This document shows positions 10,754 to 15,683 of a stretch of DNA of 15,683 nucleotides, piece after piece. Numbering within the stretch: position 1 is the stretch's first letter; each line of letters opens with the position of its first letter. Source of the DNA: Zygophlyctis sp. KS116 (Eukaryota > Fungi > Chytridiomycota); assembly GCA_054661495.1 (NCBI GenBank), contig BAAFSQ010000231.1, positions 1 to 15,683 of the forward strand. The letters are read 5' to 3'. The translations under genes were made by a program, and so were the position numbers. The notes under the pieces were generated by a model. That model did not search any database. It was not told the DNA's origin and saw nothing but the letters and a program-made list of their open reading frames with translations.

Positions 10754-10907
10754 AATACGGCTGTAATGTAGTTATTGATTCATAACTCTCTTAGTGTGTC
10801 CGATCCCTATCATAACGAATCAACTCAAAAAATCACACTGCAAACGAAGAAATTTCTATTGAAGACCAATCAAAATTAATAAGGATTGATCAATATATGT
10901 ACTCCTT

Positions 10908-11901
10908 TCAGCTAGGAAATCCATAAAGGGAGGATGCCCTTTGCTTTATTCTGGTATCCTGCTGCGTACTATATCTCTGATTAGGCGAAGCCACACATGC
11001 CATTGGGAAGCTTCCTTCCTTCTTAGAAGACATATTCATCCCATATGCCCATCCATCATCAAATTTAATCTTTACCAGAACTTGTTCGCCAACAGCTACA
11101 TATTAAAACATAATATAAATTACATAATTGAATTTCATCAAACAGATTTGGAACATATTCATAAATAACATCCATAGTCTCAAAGTCATCTTCATTTTGA
11201 TGAGGAATTACTGGCTTATCCTTACGAGATCGTTTGATACAAATAATGGCAGTAATTATAACAATTATCAGAATTGCAGAACCTACTGAAACACCAACTA
11301 TAAAGTATGTTCCTCCGATTTGAAGTTCATTTACAGAACTTGCAGGAGTAGAATTCCCTGACGATCCATTTGATTCTGATGCTAGGATGCAAGTTTTGCC
11401 AGATGGGTCGTCTATTGTAAGAGAGGAAGAGTAATTTTTCATAAATTGAGGTACTTGAAATGTACCATTGCTCTTACAAACATCCCTTTTTAACTTTTCA
11501 AATGAGTTAATTGTAGCAGCAGCATTGCTCTTACAAATCGGATTTGGAGTTTGTGCATTGCATTGAAAGCTAAGTGTGCTTGTCTGCATGATATAACCAC
11601 AGAAAAAAGCCTGAAGATTATCAATAGCTTCTTCTTTGTATTCTGGGCATCCCAATTGAGATCGGACATATGTCTGAAAGTTCTGATTGCTGGGAGAGAA
11701 ATCACTCATATACCTATCAAATGAAACTAGATTGTCAAACTGTTCCTTGCTAGGATAGACACTATATTGTGAGTACATCATGCAGGTTTTAGTCCCCTGC
11801 AGAGAGAAGCAAGATGTAGAAGGATTAGAGCTCATTGTCTGAATTCTAAAAATAACTAATCCGTAAATAGCAAGCGCCACCAAGACCGCAATGTGCAACA
11901 T
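10908..11901 (-). CDS. Paralog D (divergent): Cys-rich ectodomain, TM, SH3; about 321 aa from ATG 11901 or 299 aa from ATG 11835; complement(join(10908..11095,11124..11901))
   Basis: A 28-nt phase-1 intron at 11096..11123 inside the SH3 restores DEIQL-S-VGEQVLVKIKFDDGWAYGMNMSSKKEGSFPMACV...QRASSLYGFPS*. TM FIVGVSVGSAILIIVIITAIICI followed by KRSRK. Confidence 0.87.
11846..11855. promoter_or_regulatory. CTAAAAATAA (MEF2-type YTA(W)4TAR) 10 nt upstream of the second ATG (11835) of paralog D
   Basis: Match to the wider MEF2 consensus at a position comparable to the boxes of the other paralogs. Confidence 0.35.
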
Positions 11902-12181
11902 CTAGTCCCTGTGTAATAAAACAGATGATGTAAGTCCGGTATTATATGTACAAAGAGTATCTACTTTTTGCATGATACTACCTACTTCTTTCTCATGATC
12001 GTAGCGAATACGCAATATATATTTTTAATAGGTATTGCAATTGCTTGGCCGTTACTGATTACTAATACTAATATGGGAATTTATTTATCATTATCTCAAT
12101 ACCGAAGCCTCTTATTGAATTAATGAATTTCTGCGAACTGTCTGCTAATCAGTTGTTTAAATTGCAATTATGACATCAAAT

Positions 12182-12191
12182 CTATTTATAG
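12182..12191. promoter_or_regulatory. CTATTTATAG box upstream of paralog E
   Basis: Exact CTA(W)4TAG match 19 nt before ATG 12211. Confidence 0.55.
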
Positions 12192-12210
12192 AAGTGCCGT
12201 TTGAAATCAG

Positions 12211-13251
12211 ATGAACTCCAGCACAGCTACTGTTAGTAATTGCTTTCAGATAAAGAATTCACAAGTTCTTGGAGAGTTTAATGATTTTCAAATTGCTGAA
12301 ATGTTCCAGATAAAAAACCAGACATCTCTAGAATCATATTTTAAAGACCTTAGCTACACACTAGAAGGTGGAAAAGATGTATTTCAATGCTTAAAGACTG
12401 ATGATTATACCCAGGTCAGATACTTTTCCAGCGTTTATATTGCATGGTTTTTGGCAGAACAGGCCAGGAATTGTGATAACAAAAAACAATTGCCAATATT
12501 ATGTAAAAACATCATTGAAATAGCAAAGAAGACATTTGATGATTTTTTATCTAGAAACGAGTGTTCTAGAAATAATTCAGCCGTTGAACGAACAAGATTC
12601 GAAAACTATCTGTCAATAGTTAGCTCTAAAGGCGATCAGGATACATGCTTATCTGGTCTGTATACAGAACAAAAACAGTGTGGTATGTTATATATATTTG
12701 ATGTGTTAGGATTCTTAAAGGAAAATGATTTAAACAATTATTGCACAAATATCAATCCAGAAGATAACTGCTGCAGCTACTTTATCGTTAAACGTACAAA
12801 TTCAGTTCTTATATTCGGAGCATCTGCGGGGGCATTGCTTTTGTTTTTACTAGTTGTAACTTTTATTTTGTGTCGTCGTGGGCCCAAACGGAAAGATTCA
12901 AATACTTTCTCCGATAATGAAATGGAATTTGAATCTCAAAAGGGATCAGCTAAGGTGGAAAATATTAAAAGAGTTTCTAGTATATCTGAGCCGAATGAAT
13001 TTCGGCAGATTATAAGCGATGAAAATCTAAACCCATTGATGCTATTAGACACTCCATTGATAACTATGAAACTGGAAAAGCCAAGCGAGCATGTAGATGC
13101 TACGAAAACTTCCCAGCGATTTCCAAGTATACATCTTGACATACCAGATTCAATGGTCTCCCCGACTACACCCACCGAATATCGAAATGGTAGAGGCATG
13201 GTTAGAAAGTTTGGAAAGCAGGATAACAAATATGGATTCGTTAAGAGATAA
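12211..13251 (+). CDS. Paralog E (inverted): Cys-rich ectodomain, TM, SH3-less tail, about 337 aa spliced; join(12211..12682,12710..13251)
   Basis: DDYTQVRYFSS, LPILCKNI and YCTNINPEDNCC are shared with A, B and C. An in-frame 27-nt intron at 12683..12709 sits at the shared QC-G site. The tail RKFGKQDNKYG aligns with RKFKNDDLKYG in A. Confidence 0.88.
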   Translation: MNSSTATVSNCFQIKNSQVLGEFNDFQIAEMFQIKNQTSLESYFKDLSYTLEGGKDVFQCLKTDDYTQVRYFSSVYIAWFLAEQARNCDNKKQLPILCKNIIEIAKKTFDDFLSRNECSRNNSAVERTRFENYLSIVSSKGDQDTCLSGLYTEQKQCGMLYIFDVLGFLKENDLNNYCTNINPEDNCCSYFIVKRTNSVLIFGASAGALLLFLLVVTFILCRRGPKRKDSNTFSDNEMEFESQKGSAKVENIKRVSSISEPNEFRQIISDENLNPLMLLDTPLITMKLEKPSEHVDATKTSQRFPSIHLDIPDSMVSPTTPTEYRNGRGMVRKFGKQDNKYGFVKR

Positions 13252-13416
13252 CCCGACCCCCTAGACTCACTACTTAAGTCATAACACATAAATAAATACA
13301 CAAAAAAGTACGTTTTTGTATATGTTGCATTGCGTATAAACAGTTCTTAGTCAGTCTGTACTCCGTCTTTGGCTTCAGATATTGATAGTTAAAAGCTCCA
13401 TTGATTGCGATTGAAT

Positions 13417-15291
13417 TTAGGGGTTGGCGGTAGTAGGACTGGCATCAATTTTGAAATTTGGTTTTAATTCTGTACATATTTTTTTCTTGATTTCAGCCCA
13501 TTTCAGAATCTTTTCGTATGACCGATATAAAAAACATTCTGAAATATCCTTGTCCTTATTCTGTAAATATATCCAAGTATCGTCTGTTGCAAAACGAAAC
13601 ATTTCTGCCTTAGGAATGATCATGATTTCTGTCCTGCTATTAGACACGACTGACGATTAGCTAAGAATTTATAATTCACCAGAAAATCTTGAATTGCCTT
13701 GTCCGATAGATCCAGTGAAGAATTTCATGTCATTAATATTGCGTCCTAAATAGCCTTCACCAAAATGGTCACCCACTTTCAGCTGGCCTACCACCACCAA
13801 GTGATATTCAACAAAAGGCGACGGGGCTCCCTGCTCCAAAAGTTTAGATTTCCCGTCAATTGTCTTGAGCAGAAGTGTACCGTTTTTGATTTTTTTAACT
13901 CTAACAGTTTTCAAAAGTCTACAATCTCCAGCTTTTATAAAATACAAATTAGGACTATCTTCACCTAATAATTAGATTGAATAGGCGGCCCACCTTCAAT
14001 CAAAAGGGGTTCATTCACTGTTACAGACTTGAAAGTGCAGTAGTAAGCTAAAGTCTTTTCGTCTACTCTAAGTGATTTCAAAAGAGGTAAGGAGGATATA
14101 AAATTAATCTTTTCTGAAAAAGAATTATCATTGTGCGTTTGAATGATATGATTTGCGCGATGAATTTCCACTAAAAAGAATTCAGTTTTCTTCAGAGTTG
14201 TCACAGTTGCAGCTCTTGTATGATCGCTTGTCATCGTGAATGCGACTTCTCCAAAAGAATCACCACTAAAAAGTGTAACCAATCGAATCATATTATCCCC
14301 ATTCCATTTTTTGTACCTACTTTGAAGGCCATTAGTACCATGATCAAAATCATCATTGGTCTGATTACTTGCCTTATGTCCATTTTTCATTTTTGAGACT
14401 GAAACTTCCCCATCAAGAATAAAATACAGAGCCAATGCAGGATAACCTTCTTTTATGATATGCCGTCCTTTTTCCCATGAATTATATTCTCCTCTGGTTA
14501 AGAATTCTCTTCTTGATTGTTCGTTATACTTTTTGAAAGATTTCATTGTCGAGAAATATTTCATAAGAGTATCAATATCTGTATCTCTACGATTAGAGGG
14601 ATGAACTCTCAAAAGGGCTCTTATATCTTCCTTGATCCAGCCAGAATAATGTTCTAGTCCATTTGATGAGTTTGGAACCACTGTAAAATCTGCTGCCGTT
14701 TGACCATTTTTCTTGAAAGGATTCTTATAAAGATAAGTTGCCGGATCATAGGTCCACGACCACTATCAAGGTTAGATTAGATAATAAAACCTGCAGCTTA
14801 ATTTTAGCTTGATCTGCGATCCATCGAAAGAATGAAAGAAAAATCCAAACACTTTTCGCAACTGATTTGAACCTTTGATAAGGCGTGACATTTTTCTGTA
14901 ATTGCAATGCAGTTAAAAATAATTTAGATTTTCCAGAATTATCATCAAGCATTGATCTTTTTACAATATTTGCTTTAATATCAGGAAGAATATTAATATT
15001 GATATCTCGAGCCATTTTCCTTTGATTTGCCGTTACTCTATTATACGATGCATTCAAGGATATTCCATCTCCATACATAAATAAATTATTACTAGATTCA
15101 TCAAATCGTATAATGGGTAAAGTAAAAGGCTTCGAATTAGATATTTCCTTGAGTTTGACAATTCGCTGAGATAAATAACTCTCCACATCATGAATGAGCT
15201 TTGGTTTGTCCGGAGAAAGAAGATATCTTGCATAAATATTCTTTTTAGCCTTGATTAGCTGAAGCTGACGGTAGAGTTCGATATCTTGCAT
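13417..15291 (-). CDS. Two-domain cyclic-nucleotide-binding protein (CNBD2-like), about 595 aa or longer; complement(join(13417..13649,13680..13964,13994..14762,14791..15291)); start uncertain
   Basis: Domain 1: IIKEGYPALALYFILDGEVSV...GDSFGEVAF...TRAATV. Domain 2: LLIEG|EDSPNLYFIKAGDC...GDHFGE...SRFS|VVS. Introns of 28, 29 and 30 nt restore the frame. Confidence 0.85.
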
Positions 15292-15563
15292 ACGTAAGGA
15301 TTTTGGAATTGATAATGGGAAAGGAATGACGTTGATTAGTGCAATCGGCAGCTCATATATAATTTACGGCAGAAGTTACTTTTGGTTTGAGAATTTCGGA
15401 CATCTTTGCATCTCTCATCATGAACGATGGTCTTAGAATCAATAACACAGCTTATAGATTTTCTTAAAACTATTTAATCAGATCCAGCATCTTCTTCAGA
15501 ATCATAAACCATAGAATCTCTATCAGAATGTAATATCTGATGGCAAATCACTGTATTCATCTT

Positions 15564-15683
15564 CTAGATCATAGAATTAGGCATTCTGCCGGAGTAGACT
15601 CTAGGATCTGATAATAAGACTTCAAGTAGTTCTGAATGCCCATTTTCTTCTGCACTTGTGATAGCCCACTTTGGATCTACTTC
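15564..15683 (-). CDS. 3' part of an ankyrin-repeat protein entering from the right (EVDPKWAITSAEENGHSELLEVLLSDPRVYSGRMPNSMI*)
   Basis: Ankyrin-like pattern A..NGH.E....LL.DPRV. The frame is open from the window end to TAG 15564..15566 and may extend to TAA 15474 if spliced. Confidence 0.65.
   Translation of the reverse strand, partial: EVDPKWAITSAEENGHSELLEVLLSDPRVYSGRMPNSMI

Noticed and set aside
6768-13251. Transposon, CRISPR array or RNA gene as the source of repeats
   Set aside because: The repeats are confined to paralogous coding exons. I saw no terminal repeats, transposase, repeat-spacer periodicity or tRNA/rRNA signatures.
697-13968. Short antisense or overlapping ORFs in the track (e.g. 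697..954, 2742..2960, 3799..4020, 4102..4365, 4725..5012, 6154..6435, 7677..7865, 9011..9199, 10941..11168, 12936..13301, 13424..13660, 13765..13968)
   Set aside because: They are shadows of well-supported genes on the other strand or frame and show no motifs.
14317-14372. Possible GC-AG intron (gcaagt...tactaat...agtag) within CNBD domain 1
   Set aside because: Removing it shifts the frame into a stop, while the unspliced frame is open and reaches GDSFGE.
1-15683. Stop-codon reassignment, programmed frameshifting or mass pseudogenisation as the cause of ORF fragmentation
   Set aside because: Breaks in the intact genes are explained by GT-AG introns under the standard code; only the MFS remnant and the two uncertain spots near the right edge are not.

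Overview
AT-rich, very gene-dense eukaryotic (fungal) DNA. The ORF track is fragmented because almost every gene carries tiny GT-AG introns: I traced 22, of which 21 are 25-31 nt. The chitin synthase, CNBD2-like gene and DPRV-type ankyrin point to a zoosporic fungus (chytrid); this is inference. Left to right: 3' end of an unknown + strand gene; a division-2 (class V/VII-like) chitin synthase without a myosin head (-); a divergently transcribed PKA catalytic subunit (+); a collapsed MFS transporter pseudogene (+); a nuclear, probably mitochondrion-targeted TypA/BipA GTPase with a 12-nt micro-exon (-); five paralogous receptor-like proteins, A-E, each with a Cys-rich ectodomain, one TM helix and an SH3 domain or an SH3-less tail; a two-domain cyclic-nucleotide-binding protein (-); and the 3' end of an ankyrin-repeat gene (-). 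The five-gene cluster is the most interesting element. Its members are mosaic (a near-identical ectodomain tract in A and C, SH3 present or absent), mostly lack a signal peptide, and each has a MEF2/Rlm1-type (C/T)TA(W)4TA(G/A) box 10-24 nt before its start codon (exactly 19 nt in three of them). All gene models were spliced by hand and none was checked against a database.
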